Shown here: piece after piece, positions 8,129-17,122 of the stretch
Numbering within the stretch: position 1 is the stretch's first letter
Layout of the letters: every line of letters begins with the position of its first letter
Source: a virus
Taxonomy: Duplodnaviria; Caudoviricetes
IMG/VR virus record: IMGVR_UViG_3300020112_000204
Coordinates: 8,003-72,002 of that record
Reading direction: 5' to 3' (one strand)
DNA: 64,000 nucleotides
Position numbers and translations under genes: made by a program
The notes under the pieces: model-generated
Told to the model about the DNA's origin: nothing
The model's database searches: none
The model's input: the letters and a program-made list of their open reading frames with translations, nothing else

Positions 8129-9032
8129 TCTTACCTCCTAGAGCTTCACTAACAGTCCATTCTTCTACTTGAGCATCTCCAAGCTTACTACAAACATCCT
8201 TGTAACCACACCATCTACAGTCACAACCCACCGGCTTCTCTGGAATTACATTCTGGGCAAGGCATACATTGAGCTTGTTCAATTTCTCAACCTGTGGGGA
8301 TACATACAGCTCGTACATAAGCTTCATAGGATACTCTTTCAATTCCTGAGTATTCTTAGACATATACAGAACCAAACAGTCCTCGCATCTATAACCCAGC
8401 TCCTCAGCCTTTTTACTAAGAACCCAAGTGTAATACTGAACCTGCCATCTGTGGTCATCTTTAGGCTGAGTCAGGTCGTCATAGGTAACTGCTCTGGGGC
8501 TAGTCTTAGCATCCCTGTTCTTAATGGACTTAAACTCAGCTACCCTGTACACTCCTAGGGTCTTAATCAAAGCGTCTGCGTGACCTTTTACATTGTTTTC
8601 ATCATCTTCTATGGGCACTTCAAGATAGTCGAGGTTACTCCAGATGTACAGCTTCTTACCACAATGAGGGCAAACTCTAGGGCTGGGGTTCTCAAAGAGG
8701 TCTGTCCATCTCTCACCGCACTCTTTGCATCTCCACTCACCATACAGTATTCCCATATCATATAGGTACTCCTGCAAGATATACCCGAAATGGTGACCCA
8801 CATCAAAAATTCTCTTACCCTGAGAAGAGGGCTTATCTTTGCTAGGAACTCCTACTCTCTGTAAAAACAAAGAACGAATACATCCTGACAGTGAAGAGGG
8901 GTGCCAGCACCCTTGCTCTCTATCGTCCTTGACATATCCTGAACCCTTTGAGGGCTTAAGCAGGTATCTATCAAGTTCTCCTATCAGAACTGTATCCGCT
9001 TTCATAGTCTTAAGCACATCTTTTAATGACAT
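8118..9032 (-). CDS. Cas4-like PD-(D/E)XK exonuclease
   Basis: HPSSLSGCIR, IFDVGH, GHAD, EFKS, QVQYY, terminal CxxC; start reset to MSLKD after AAGGAG. Confidence 0.75.
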   Translation of the reverse strand: MSLKDVLKTMKADTVLIGELDRYLLKPSKGSGYVKDDREQGCWHPSSLSGCIRSLFLQRVGVPSKDKPSSQGKRIFDVGHHFGYILQEYLYDMGILYGEWRCKECGERWTDLFENPSPRVCPHCGKKLYIWSNLDYLEVPIEDDENNVKGHADALIKTLGVYRVAEFKSIKNRDAKTSPRAVTYDDLTQPKDDHRWQVQYYTWVLSKKAEELGYRCEDCLVLYMSKNTQELKEYPMKLMYELYVSPQVEKLNKLNVCLAQNVIPEKPVGCDCRWCGYKDVCSKLGDAQVEEWTVSEALGGKNET

Positions 9033-9080
9033 TGTATCTACTCCTTTTTCATTAACCATATCTACTAATCTTCTGTGTAC

Positions 9081-9122
9081 AAGGGCTACACTGGGAGACA
9101 TCACTCCCAGTGCTTTGCCCTT
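9081..9122 (-). promoter_or_regulatory. Nested stem-loop in 5' leader
   Basis: CACTGGGAG/CTCCCAGTG (9 bp) inside AAGGGC/GCCCTT. Confidence 0.55.
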
Positions 9123-9131
9123 ACAAGTATC

Positions 9132-9160
9132 ATTGTACTACTACTTGGTACAAGTGTCAA
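9132..9160 (-). promoter_or_regulatory. Sigma-A-type promoter TTGACA-17-TACAAT
   Basis: Near-consensus, exact 17-bp spacer; -35 overlaps upstream stop codon. Confidence 0.75.
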
Positions 9161-9573
9161 TTACTTTTACTAAGAAAAGCCTCTAAAAGCATCTCAAAAT
9201 CTCCCTCAGAGATTACAACTAGTGGCTCTGCATCTTTCATCTCTATCTGCAAGAATGGGAATAGCTTTCTTTGGTCTACACACTCCTCTGAAATCTTCTT
9301 CCACATCTGAGCCGTAATACTAAAGGAGCTATGAATCGTTTGCTTGTTGTCGCCTAGAGCAATATCTCCTATCTTGACATCACCCTTTGCGAACCACAAA
9401 GCCCCGCTAACAGGCTGTTGCTTTGCTCCAAGGTCTTTCATTCTTTTAGCAAAGGACTTCTCCTGTTCATTAGCTTTCTGCTTTACCGACTTTTCTCCAG
9501 AATCCAGAAACCACTTCGGAGGCTTAGCCAATACCTTGTACCTGCTCTCTGAGCGTCTGTCTGCACTTTCCAC
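9157..9573 (-). CDS. Second resolvase-like PD-(D/E)XK protein
   Basis: QEK, PVSGA, KGD, DNKQT, SIT..MWKKI, P-F-L-Q-I; true start may be TTG 9531. Confidence 0.6.
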   Translation of the reverse strand: MESADRRSESRYKVLAKPPKWFLDSGEKSVKQKANEQEKSFAKRMKDLGAKQQPVSGALWFAKGDVKIGDIALGDNKQTIHSSFSITAQMWKKISEECVDQRKLFPFLQIEMKDAEPLVVISEGDFEMLLEAFLSKSN

Positions 9574-9784
9574 AGATAGGCTTACTCAGAAGTATAAACT
9601 CATCTGCTATATCTCCACAGAAAACACAAGACTTGGAGTACTTCCTAATCTCTATCTTATCCCCTTTAAGGGTCATCTCGAGATTTTCACCATCAGATAT
9701 ACCTAGGGAAGTCCTGTACTCTTTCGGGATGACAATTCTACCTATATCGTCAACCGCCCTGACTACTCCACTATTCTTCGCCAC
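9524..9784 (-). CDS. abrB: AbrB-family transition-state regulator
   Basis: GVVRAVDDIGRIVIPKEYR..LGI, C-terminal CVFC/CGKC typical of clostridial AbrB. Confidence 0.88.
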   Translation of the reverse strand: MAKNSGVVRAVDDIGRIVIPKEYRTSLGISDGENLEMTLKGDKIEIRKYSKSCVFCGDIADEFILLSKPICGKCRQTLREQVQGIG

Positions 9785-10904
9785 GATTCTCTCCCTCGCT
9801 TTCTCCTGCGACTTCTTTGGGCTTGGTATGCACTGCTATCTTCATAACCTGTGCATACAGTCTGTTAAGCTCTTCGGGATAGTCCCTGAGGTACTTAACA
9901 ACATTGTCCTGACCTTGAATACTGTTTTCTTTACCTGCTAAGAAGTAATATGCCCCTCGTCTTTCGATTACGCCGTACTTGATAGCATACCGTACAATCT
10001 CCTCAGCGGTGTCAATGTCTCCAGCTTTGAATGTGTACGGAGTGTCATTAAAGAAAAACCTGAACTCACCAGTTCTCTTCGGAGGAGCCGTCTTATTCTT
10101 TGTGGCGATTGCCTTAATCCACTGACCTACAACTTCCTCTACCTGAGTTCCGTTCTTATCCATCTTGAACTGAATCCAGTCTCCTCTTTTCAGTTCAAGA
10201 ATAAGTGATGCAGAGTACTCCTGACCCTTACCTCCGGGCAGGGTGTTCGGATTTCCATACATAACTCCTATCTTTTCACGAATCTGATTTATCAGGATTA
10301 CTGTAGGAGCTTTCTCTGAGACATCACTCATATCCCTACCGTTCATACCGCCTGACAGTTTTCTAAAGAACTTATTATTCATCTTAGCGGCATCGCCCAT
10401 GAACAACTTATTCATAGACTCATCTGCTTCTGCCTGAGGAACAAGGGCGGCAATCGAGTCAAGGACTATAAGACCGACATCATCTGTCTTTGTCATTACA
10501 TCTGCGATGTCTAATGCCTGCTCACCGAACTCAGGCTTGCACACCATAAGAGTTTCAAGGTCTACACCTAGCTTCTTAGCCCATTCATCCTCAAATGCTC
10601 CCTCGGCATCAATCCATACACACTTCTTGAAAACTCTGTCCTCGCCATTCTCATAGCGTTCCTTAAACAACCTCTGGGCATTTGCCACTATCTTAGTAGC
10701 TACTGCGGTCTTACCACAGCTATACCCACCTGTCAGTAGGGTGACTCTGCTCTCAGGGATACCACCACCCGTAACGATGTCAAGAGCTAATGAGCCTGTG
10801 GGGATTCGGGTAATCTCAAGAGCCTTAGCTTCGCTAGCTCTCATAACTACTCCCGCTCCGAACTTCTTGTTCAGTTCCTTAATCACTGCATCAATATTTG
10901 CCAT
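9771..10904 (-). CDS. recA: RecA recombinase
   Basis: IPTGSLALD, GGYSCGKT, IDAEG, LDSIAAL, INQIREKIG, PGGK. Confidence 0.97.
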   Translation of the reverse strand: MANIDAVIKELNKKFGAGVVMRASEAKALEITRIPTGSLALDIVTGGGIPESRVTLLTGGYSCGKTAVATKIVANAQRLFKERYENGEDRVFKKCVWIDAEGAFEDEWAKKLGVDLETLMVCKPEFGEQALDIADVMTKTDDVGLIVLDSIAALVPQAEADESMNKLFMGDAAKMNNKFFRKLSGGMNGRDMSDVSEKAPTVILINQIREKIGVMYGNPNTLPGGKGQEYSASLILELKRGDWIQFKMDKNGTQVEEVVGQWIKAIATKNKTAPPKRTGEFRFFFNDTPYTFKAGDIDTAEEIVRYAIKYGVIERRGAYYFLAGKENSIQGQDNVVKYLRDYPEELNRLYAQVMKIAVHTKPKEVAGESEGENRGEE

Positions 10905-10925
10905 AGCTAGTCTCCTTTGATTTCT

Positions 10926-10948
10926 GGGGCTAGGGCTAGCCCAGCCCC
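10926..10948 (-). promoter_or_regulatory. GC-rich intergenic hairpin (no U-tract)
   Basis: GGGGCTGGGC-TA-GCCCTAGCCCC between SSB-like gene and recA. Confidence 0.4.
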
Positions 10949-10963
10949 GATATAGATGCTTAA

Positions 10964-11674
10964 TTACAGCCCGATGCCACTGCCATCATCATAGGCGGCG
11001 TTTGCAGGAGTGGTAGCCTTAGGCTTAACTCCAAGAACTTCATAAGCCTTTTCAACACTCACAGGCTTAACAAGGTCGATAACCTTATCAACGATAGTCT
11101 TATCGCCAAGGCAAGCCGAAATCTTCTTTTCATCTTCCTCGGACAGAGGAACTTTCTCTTCAGGAATGGGAGTGTAACGGCTGTCAGTACCGCTACCAGT
11201 TCTGGTGACCTCAATTTCCCAGTCCGCCAGCTTTCTCTTCTTGTTGGTCTGTTCAAGAACCTTAAGGGTGCTGATTCCCTGCTTGAAGAGCTTAATCTGA
11301 TTCTTAGCTGAGTGCTCCTGACCGTTCTTAGTCCAAGTGTCCTCGCTACGGTCAATTACAAGGTAAGCACCTCTAAATGAGGGCTTGTTACCACTAGCAC
11401 AGAACGGGCACTCAAGTCTGTTACCATGAACATCCTCCATACCCTCCATGCAGGTGTAGGTTCTAGCACCCTTTACATTGGGCAGATAATGCTCCTTAAA
11501 GGTCACAGGCTCTTCCATAAGGAAACGAAGAGTTCTGCTCTGATTTTCACTGAACATAACCGAGGGGACAAAAGAGCCTCCACCATTTTCATAGGCTTCC
11601 TTCTTAGCCTTAGCCTCAGCATCATGCTCTTCCACTGCGGAATAACCGCTCTTAAACCAATTTCCAATAGACAT
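10964..11674 (-). CDS. Single-stranded DNA-binding protein (gp32-like)
   Basis: RTLRFL, EHY, C...CPFC Zn motif, YLVIDR, EVTRTGSGTDSRY, acidic tail; next to recA. Confidence 0.7.
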   Translation of the reverse strand: MSIGNWFKSGYSAVEEHDAEAKAKKEAYENGGGSFVPSVMFSENQSRTLRFLMEEPVTFKEHYLPNVKGARTYTCMEGMEDVHGNRLECPFCASGNKPSFRGAYLVIDRSEDTWTKNGQEHSAKNQIKLFKQGISTLKVLEQTNKKRKLADWEIEVTRTGSGTDSRYTPIPEEKVPLSEEDEKKISACLGDKTIVDKVIDLVKPVSVEKAYEVLGVKPKATTPANAAYDDGSGIGL

Positions 11675-11716
11675 ATTATTTCCTCCTAATTATACTAGCT
11701 TTTGGCTTTATTCTAC

Positions 11717-12007
11717 TTACTTCAATGCACCGAGAAGAGTCTGGTTCGGACTCTTGAGAGACTTAAGGTCATTTATCTGAATCTGAACCTGAGACTCTAC
11801 TTCTTCCTGAGCCATCATCTGGAGCTTTGAGAGATTGTCGATAGTACCCTCAATCTCAATCCCACTTTCAATCTTAGCACTCTCATAATTACCGAGATTT
11901 ACTGTGAAGCCTAATGAATACTTAGCTACTACCTTAGGCATACCCTCAGTAATGAGGTCTGTTGCCTGTTTTCTACGGAGTTCAACTCCATCAGTGTTTA
12001 CTGCCAT
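11717..12007 (-). CDS. Hypothetical protein
   Basis: ORF track with RBS. Confidence 0.6.
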   Translation of the reverse strand: MAVNTDGVELRRKQATDLITEGMPKVVAKYSLGFTVNLGNYESAKIESGIEIEGTIDNLSKLQMMAQEEVESQVQIQINDLKSLKSPNQTLLGALK

Positions 12008-12104
12008 GTCTTAGTCTCCTTTAATTAAACTTTTACTTGTTACATCTTTTCTTAAACTTTCTTCCACGCAGTTTATCTAAAACTGCATCAACTTACGACA
12101 ATCA

Positions 12105-12410
12105 TTAAGCATCACCGCCTTTCAATATCTCAGCCGTGATTTCTCTGCTAGCTTCTGCTACGGCAATCTTGAACTCTTCAGGAATAGGCTTACCCTGCTG
12201 AAGCTTAAATTTCTTAATCAGCTTCTTAACACAGAATACCTGAGCCTCAGGATAAATCCTAACGCCTGTTCTACGCTTAAAAACCGTGGGCGGGAGTACA
12301 CCCTTGTATTCCCACTTTCTAATGGTCTGGGAGTCTCTTTCTATAAAGCTAGCAAACTCCCCTATCGTGTAAAAGGTAACTTTCTTGCCCTTTACCTCCA
12401 TTACTTCCAT
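12105..12410 (-). CDS. MerR-like HTH DNA-binding protein
   Basis: YTIGEFA...TIRKWEYKGVLP...GVRIY. Confidence 0.75.
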   Translation of the reverse strand: MEVMEVKGKKVTFYTIGEFASFIERDSQTIRKWEYKGVLPPTVFKRRTGVRIYPEAQVFCVKKLIKKFKLQQGKPIPEEFKIAVAEASREITAEILKGGDA

Positions 12411-12425
12411 ATACTCACCTCTTCC

Positions 12426-12587
12426 TTATCTTTTGTCAACCAGTTCCTCAGTTACGCCTAGAGCTTCAGCAAAGGCTAGAATCATAAATCCTAAAGGGAA
12501 ATTACCTGTGTAAGCTCCAACGAAACAGCCTACGATTCTAATCACTGACTTTATCAGAGACAGAATCAAATGCCCCTTACTGTTCAT
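12426..12587 (-). CDS. 53-aa membrane protein (MNSKGHLILSLIKSVIRI...AEALGVTEELVD)
   Basis: Hand-translated; ATGA overlap, two hydrophobic segments. Confidence 0.6.
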   Translation of the reverse strand: MNSKGHLILSLIKSVIRIVGCFVGAYTGNFPLGFMILAFAEALGVTEELVDKR

Positions 12588-13132
12588 CCCTTGGAGCCTC
12601 CCTTAGCCTTATCAAGGTCAACGAGGGCATAGGTCACTTTCTTATCCACCAGATTCTCAAGGTCTGATGACTCAATCTTTCCGTCATAGATTGCAGTTTC
12701 TAAATCCAACTCTTCCACAAGCTCAATAGTCTCGAGCAGGTCAGGGTTGCTCTGGGCTATGATACCTACAACAGTAGCATAATCCTCATCAGTCTCCTTA
12801 GGGAGCATCTGCTTTTTACTGATAAGCTCCTCCATGCCCTTACTTCTAAGGAAGCTGATTGCCTTACCCTGATTAAGGGTCATAGACACACGAGCCTGTT
12901 TCTGGTAGCCCTTGCCATCATCGTACCGCATATTCACAGAACCCTTTTCGTCTTTTACGCCATCCTGTTCAGCATTCTTGAACATCTCCTTTTTGCAGGA
13001 GTCCATAAACTGCTTCAGGATTGCTTCTACTTCTTTAGCCTGTTTCCAGATATCATAGATTTCACGATTGCTCTTTCCCTCGATTTCAAGACCGAGTACT
13101 GCTAATACTGCCTCTGCTTTACTTGTTGCCAT
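12584..13132 (-). CDS. Hypothetical protein
   Basis: ORF track with RBS. Confidence 0.65.
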   Translation of the reverse strand: MATSKAEAVLAVLGLEIEGKSNREIYDIWKQAKEVEAILKQFMDSCKKEMFKNAEQDGVKDEKGSVNMRYDDGKGYQKQARVSMTLNQGKAISFLRSKGMEELISKKQMLPKETDEDYATVVGIIAQSNPDLLETIELVEELDLETAIYDGKIESSDLENLVDKKVTYALVDLDKAKGGSKG

Positions 13133-13146
13133 TTCTTATTCCTCCA

Positions 13147-13524
13147 TTAAATATCATTTTCTGACCTGTGATTAGCGAGGTCTACATCAAACCCATCTGG
13201 GTATCTTGCCTTGAGTTTATCAACATTCATCTGAAGTATCTCATCTAACTCCCAGTGCATACTATGGCAGAACATTGCAACATACCACATAACATCACCT
13301 AGTTCCTTCTTCAGATGAACTTCATCTAGGTCTTTTTCGTGGAATATCCACTTCTTAACCATATCATTTAACTCTCCAACCTCTCCTGATAAACCAAGAC
13401 AGGCATTGATAAGGCATCCTATATACTCATCTACATTGGCATTACTAATTAGCTTTGTAAGCCTGTAAGTACACATACCATCATTAGTTCTCATTGCGAG
13501 TTTCTGATATTCATTTCCTGTCAT
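13147..13524 (-). CDS. mazG: MazG-like nucleotide pyrophosphohydrolase
   Basis: LGLSGEVGELNDMVKK...ELGDVMWYVA...NVDKLKARYP. Confidence 0.88.
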   Translation of the reverse strand: MTGNEYQKLAMRTNDGMCTYRLTKLISNANVDEYIGCLINACLGLSGEVGELNDMVKKWIFHEKDLDEVHLKKELGDVMWYVAMFCHSMHWELDEILQMNVDKLKARYPDGFDVDLANHRSENDI

Positions 13525-13849
13525 TCTGAGCTACACTCCTTGCTAAAATATTATCTACGATTTTCTCGCAATCAGGCTCAAATCTGTCCATCTCCATTAT
13601 AGTCATTATCGCATAATTGGCAAGGTCAATAAGAGTATCTCTGACGGACTCATCTTTCACATACTGTTCATACTGTAACTTGGTTAACTGCTTAAACCTA
13701 CTAAGCTTATCGCTAAGTCTAATCCTAGACATTGCGAAACCTTCCTCTAAAAAAGTGAGGTGAAAGCTATCTCCATAATCTGCATTCTTTTTCTTGTAGA
13801 GAGCGTTCAACTCCTCGCATATTACCTTGTGCCTATCCACATTACTCAT
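13511..13849 (-). CDS. DUF1599 / nucleotide-modification-associated domain protein
   Basis: KKNADYGDSF, RLSDKLSRF, ESVRDTLIDLANYAIM; start at MSNVD. Confidence 0.85.
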   Translation of the reverse strand: MSNVDRHKVICEELNALYKKKNADYGDSFHLTFLEEGFAMSRIRLSDKLSRFKQLTKLQYEQYVKDESVRDTLIDLANYAIMTIMEMDRFEPDCEKIVDNILARSVAQNDRK

Positions 13850-14087
13850 TACTCTTCCCCCACTCAGGATTACTTGCAACGGTATGAATCATAGCCGCTC
13901 TAATTGCTTCATCCTCATTCATTCCGTATCTTTCTGCTACAAGCAAACCATCTGCAAAATCGGAGGTGCGTTTATATCGCTCCTCACCTGTGCCAGTGTA
14001 CAGACGATTTGCTGTTTCTGATATAGCTAGCAAAAGCTCTGTAACATCCATATCACTTATCGGCTTACCCTTAAAAAACTCACTCAT
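13842..14087 (-). CDS. Hypothetical protein
   Basis: ORF track. Confidence 0.55.
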   Translation of the reverse strand: MSEFFKGKPISDMDVTELLLAISETANRLYTGTGEERYKRTSDFADGLLVAERYGMNEDEAIRAAMIHTVASNPEWGKSNE

Positions 14088-14283
14088 CTCTTACCTCCAT
14101 GAACACAGCATCTCCGATAAACTCATACTGAGAGTGCGTAAGCCTAAGATAAGCTACTCCCTGCATAGGGACTTTTAGACCTGCGGTCACACCCCAGTCT
14201 TTTACCTCGTTAACAATCATCAAGCACCCAGCCCATTCTGGGACTAACTCGTTAACCTGAATAACACTACCTACTCCTACCAT
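14080..14283 (-). CDS. Hypothetical protein
   Basis: ORF track. Confidence 0.55.
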   Translation of the reverse strand: MVGVGSVIQVNELVPEWAGCLMIVNEVKDWGVTAGLKVPMQGVAYLRLTHSQYEFIGDAVFMEVRDE

Positions 14284-14296
14284 TTCTGCTCCTTTC

Positions 14297-15619
14297 TTAA
14301 ATTCGATATCCTAGCTTCAGGTACAATCTCTTTCTCTTTTCCATCATACCTTTACATATTCCTATATTGACATCATAGAAGTCTATGACAATAGGCTCTT
14401 TCTTACCCTCGCACTCTCTAAGGATGCGACCTGTTGCTTGCTGAAGAGTGCTATCACTAGAGTTCGGGGAAATCAACATCAGTGTGTCTAACTCAGGAAT
14501 GTCCAGCCCCTCTTTTGCTAGGGATAGAGTTCCAAAGATTGCTCTAACAGATTTATCCAATGCGTGTTCCCTCTCGGATTGCTTAGTCTTTCCTACATAC
14601 AGCATAGCTGGGTTTCCTGCGTAGGACGAGTTTACTGTGCTAACCATACTCTCTAGCTGGTCTACCCTATCTCCCAGAACCAGAATCTTTCTACCACTCT
14701 TAAGAGCTTTGTAAAGAACGGATAGTACCTGAGCATTTCTTACTTCGTCCTTGGACAAAATAGTCTGCAAGGCTGGGATACTGGGCTGACCTGTAAATCT
14801 GTTTACAATATCACGAACATTCACCTGAGAGGGCGTTTCAATAAATGCGACTCTAGGGACTAGGTTCTCTCCCTTTATCGTGTAAACTATGTCGCCCATG
14901 TGAGCCCTAAACACTGCATCCATACCATCAGCTCTCTTCGGAGTTGCAGTCAAACCCCAGCGTCTTTCTGCTGGGAAGAGCTTGATTACCTTACTCCACT
15001 CTTGAGAGCCGATTCTATGCACCTCATCAGTGATTACTAGACCAAAATACCCAAACAACTCCTCAGGATACTTCTCTGGATTCATAAATGACTGAACCAT
15101 ACCAACAACTACTTTTCTGCCGTTAAAGTCACATTTCTTTCCCTTAACTACACCAGCTTCTTCTCCCGTGAACTCTCTAATTCTGTCTCTCCATTGTTCA
15201 AGCAGAAAATCCTTATGCACAAGAACTAAAGTAGTTACACCTATCTCTGACATAGCCTTGATAGCCATAACTGTCTTTCCTTTTCCGCATCCCGCTTCAA
15301 GAATACCATCAGTAGTCTCAGTCAGTTTCTTGATTGCGGGTATCTGCTCTTTCCTTGGAGTAACTGAACAGTTAAATGACACTGAAGTACCTGTAGACCT
15401 GTAGTCTTCTGACCTATCCTCAATCTCCTTGGGTATGCTCAAATCTCTGGGAATATACATATACTCGTCATCTTCTGTGAACAGAGGTATCTCCATAGGA
15501 ACTCCTCTGGTAGACAAACCTAGTGCTAATTTCTTAAAGTAGTCCTGATTCTTTATCATCATGGACTTTCTTACTTCGTCTGATACAAGACTCTTGTATA
15601 TCTTTTTACAACCTAGCAT
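14297..15619 (-). CDS. Superfamily 2 (DEAD-like) helicase
   Basis: GCGKGKT, DEVH, LTATP, EGLDIP, QATGRILR. Confidence 0.92.
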   Translation of the reverse strand: MLGCKKIYKSLVSDEVRKSMMIKNQDYFKKLALGLSTRGVPMEIPLFTEDDEYMYIPRDLSIPKEIEDRSEDYRSTGTSVSFNCSVTPRKEQIPAIKKLTETTDGILEAGCGKGKTVMAIKAMSEIGVTTLVLVHKDFLLEQWRDRIREFTGEEAGVVKGKKCDFNGRKVVVGMVQSFMNPEKYPEELFGYFGLVITDEVHRIGSQEWSKVIKLFPAERRWGLTATPKRADGMDAVFRAHMGDIVYTIKGENLVPRVAFIETPSQVNVRDIVNRFTGQPSIPALQTILSKDEVRNAQVLSVLYKALKSGRKILVLGDRVDQLESMVSTVNSSYAGNPAMLYVGKTKQSEREHALDKSVRAIFGTLSLAKEGLDIPELDTLMLISPNSSDSTLQQATGRILRECEGKKEPIVIDFYDVNIGICKGMMEKRKRLYLKLGYRI

Positions 15620-15893
15620 CTAAACCTCCAAATCTGAATAGAATTACTGGAGCTTTTGAACCACTAAAGGACAAGGACTTAATCGTGTCGTATGATATTG
15701 TATCTGCGGCTTCCATTAAGTCCATACCCTTTTCTTTGACTAAGTACTCAAGCATAAGGTCATAGTCGTATACAACCCTATCGTCATCTGTCGTTCCCAC
15801 TATAGCTGACTCATAGCTGGGTTCTACAAATACCTTAGCGTCATCTCCGACTATCTCCCTAAGCAGGTCATACACATCGCTCATAGTACACAT
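15606..15893 (-). CDS. Hypothetical protein
   Basis: ORF track. Confidence 0.6.
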   Translation of the reverse strand: MCTMSDVYDLLREIVGDDAKVFVEPSYESAIVGTTDDDRVVYDYDLMLEYLVKEKGMDLMEAADTISYDTIKSLSFSGSKAPVILFRFGGLDARL

Positions 15894-16888
15894 TCCTCTG
15901 CGTTCTTATCAGGTCTGAGTCTAATGAACCTAGGGTGTCGATAAGCTCCTGTTTTCTTAATCTGCTCCATAGCCCCAATCTCCATTGTCTGACCAAGGTA
16001 CTCGGCTTTAATTCCGTGCTTACCATCAGATAAGAGCATCTTCATCGAGTCGTCAATACCTGAGGTCTGACCTAGCTCTACCAGTTCTCCATTTACATAC
16101 TTTCCGAACTTAATTGCTCCAATCCATCCCTTGTACCAAGCCCTTGTGACTTTCTTTCCGTCCAGAACATACTGCCAGTCTTTATCACCGCCATCATAGT
16201 ACTTAGTTGGGGAAGTAGCACCCATTATTACTACATCATCAGTCAGGTACTTCTTAAGCTTTATTTGATACTTACTCCTCTTAGGCTCACTGTGGGACAG
16301 CTCATAAGCTGAGTACCTGTACTTTAGTACAAGACCTTCTCCTCCACTGTAGACTATATCGTGAAACTTATCAAGCTTTCCTGTTGTGTACACAGGAAGA
16401 ACCTCAATCTTAGACTCAGGGTACTTAACTTTGATTTCATTTACTACTTTCTCAGCAAGCTCTATTCTTTTCTCATAGCCACAGTCTGTTACATCATTAC
16501 CTCTGTATCTAACTATGTCAAATACCTTGTAACTAATGTAGCCAAGCTTTTCTTGCTTTCTTATCGCCTCATCAGGAAGTGAGCCCATTATCGAAACTGT
16601 CTGACTGAAATCTGAGTGCTGAATCTCCCCATCAAGGACTGTTCCGAATAATGCAGGAACTATCAACTGACTTAAATGAGGGACATTATCAGTTTTCTCT
16701 ACGGGAGTTCCCGTTTTTCTAGACTTCTGACGGCTAGTAAATCGGTTTCCACAAGGGGTCATAAACATCATATACCGACTTCCATCTATCTTCTCCTGTG
16801 CTAACCAATCACTATTGTCTGCTAGCATCTCATCTGTTACCTTGCCTCCGCTGGCAAGCATCGGGTACAAAACTTCTAGAGTACTCAT
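15881..16888 (-). CDS. ATP-dependent DNA ligase
   Basis: QEKIDGSR (KxDG), LDGE, VFDI, EGLVLK, KLK, YRHPRF.R.R.DK. Confidence 0.92.
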   Translation of the reverse strand: MSTLEVLYPMLASGGKVTDEMLADNSDWLAQEKIDGSRYMMFMTPCGNRFTSRQKSRKTGTPVEKTDNVPHLSQLIVPALFGTVLDGEIQHSDFSQTVSIMGSLPDEAIRKQEKLGYISYKVFDIVRYRGNDVTDCGYEKRIELAEKVVNEIKVKYPESKIEVLPVYTTGKLDKFHDIVYSGGEGLVLKYRYSAYELSHSEPKRSKYQIKLKKYLTDDVVIMGATSPTKYYDGGDKDWQYVLDGKKVTRAWYKGWIGAIKFGKYVNGELVELGQTSGIDDSMKMLLSDGKHGIKAEYLGQTMEIGAMEQIKKTGAYRHPRFIRLRPDKNAEECVL

Positions 16889-17067
16889 ATACTACCTTTC
16901 CTCCTTACAGACCCCTCCGAAAGCAGTCTGTCTACTTCTTTCCGTTTTCTAATCTTTTCTTTAAGCTCATCCTGAGACTTCTTCCACTCGGGATATCCTC
17001 TTTTGCAAACACTGTCTGAGTGACAACCCTCCGTCCTATCAGGGCAGTTCAAGCAGGGGCATTTCAT
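16885..17067 (-). CDS. Small Cys-rich hypothetical protein
   Basis: CPCLNC..R..GCH..C; RBS and promoter upstream. Confidence 0.6.
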   Translation of the reverse strand: MKCPCLNCPDRTEGCHSDSVCKRGYPEWKKSQDELKEKIRKRKEVDRLLSEGSVRRKGSI

Positions 17068-17091
17068 TTATCTACCTCCTGACTAATACTT

Positions 17092-17120
17092 AGTATACCA
17101 TATACAAGTTCCAATGTAAA
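17092..17120 (-). promoter_or_regulatory. Sigma-A-type promoter TTTACA-17-TATACT with extended -10 (TGn)
   Basis: Intergenic, correct spacing. Confidence 0.65.
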
Positions 17121-17122
17121 CA

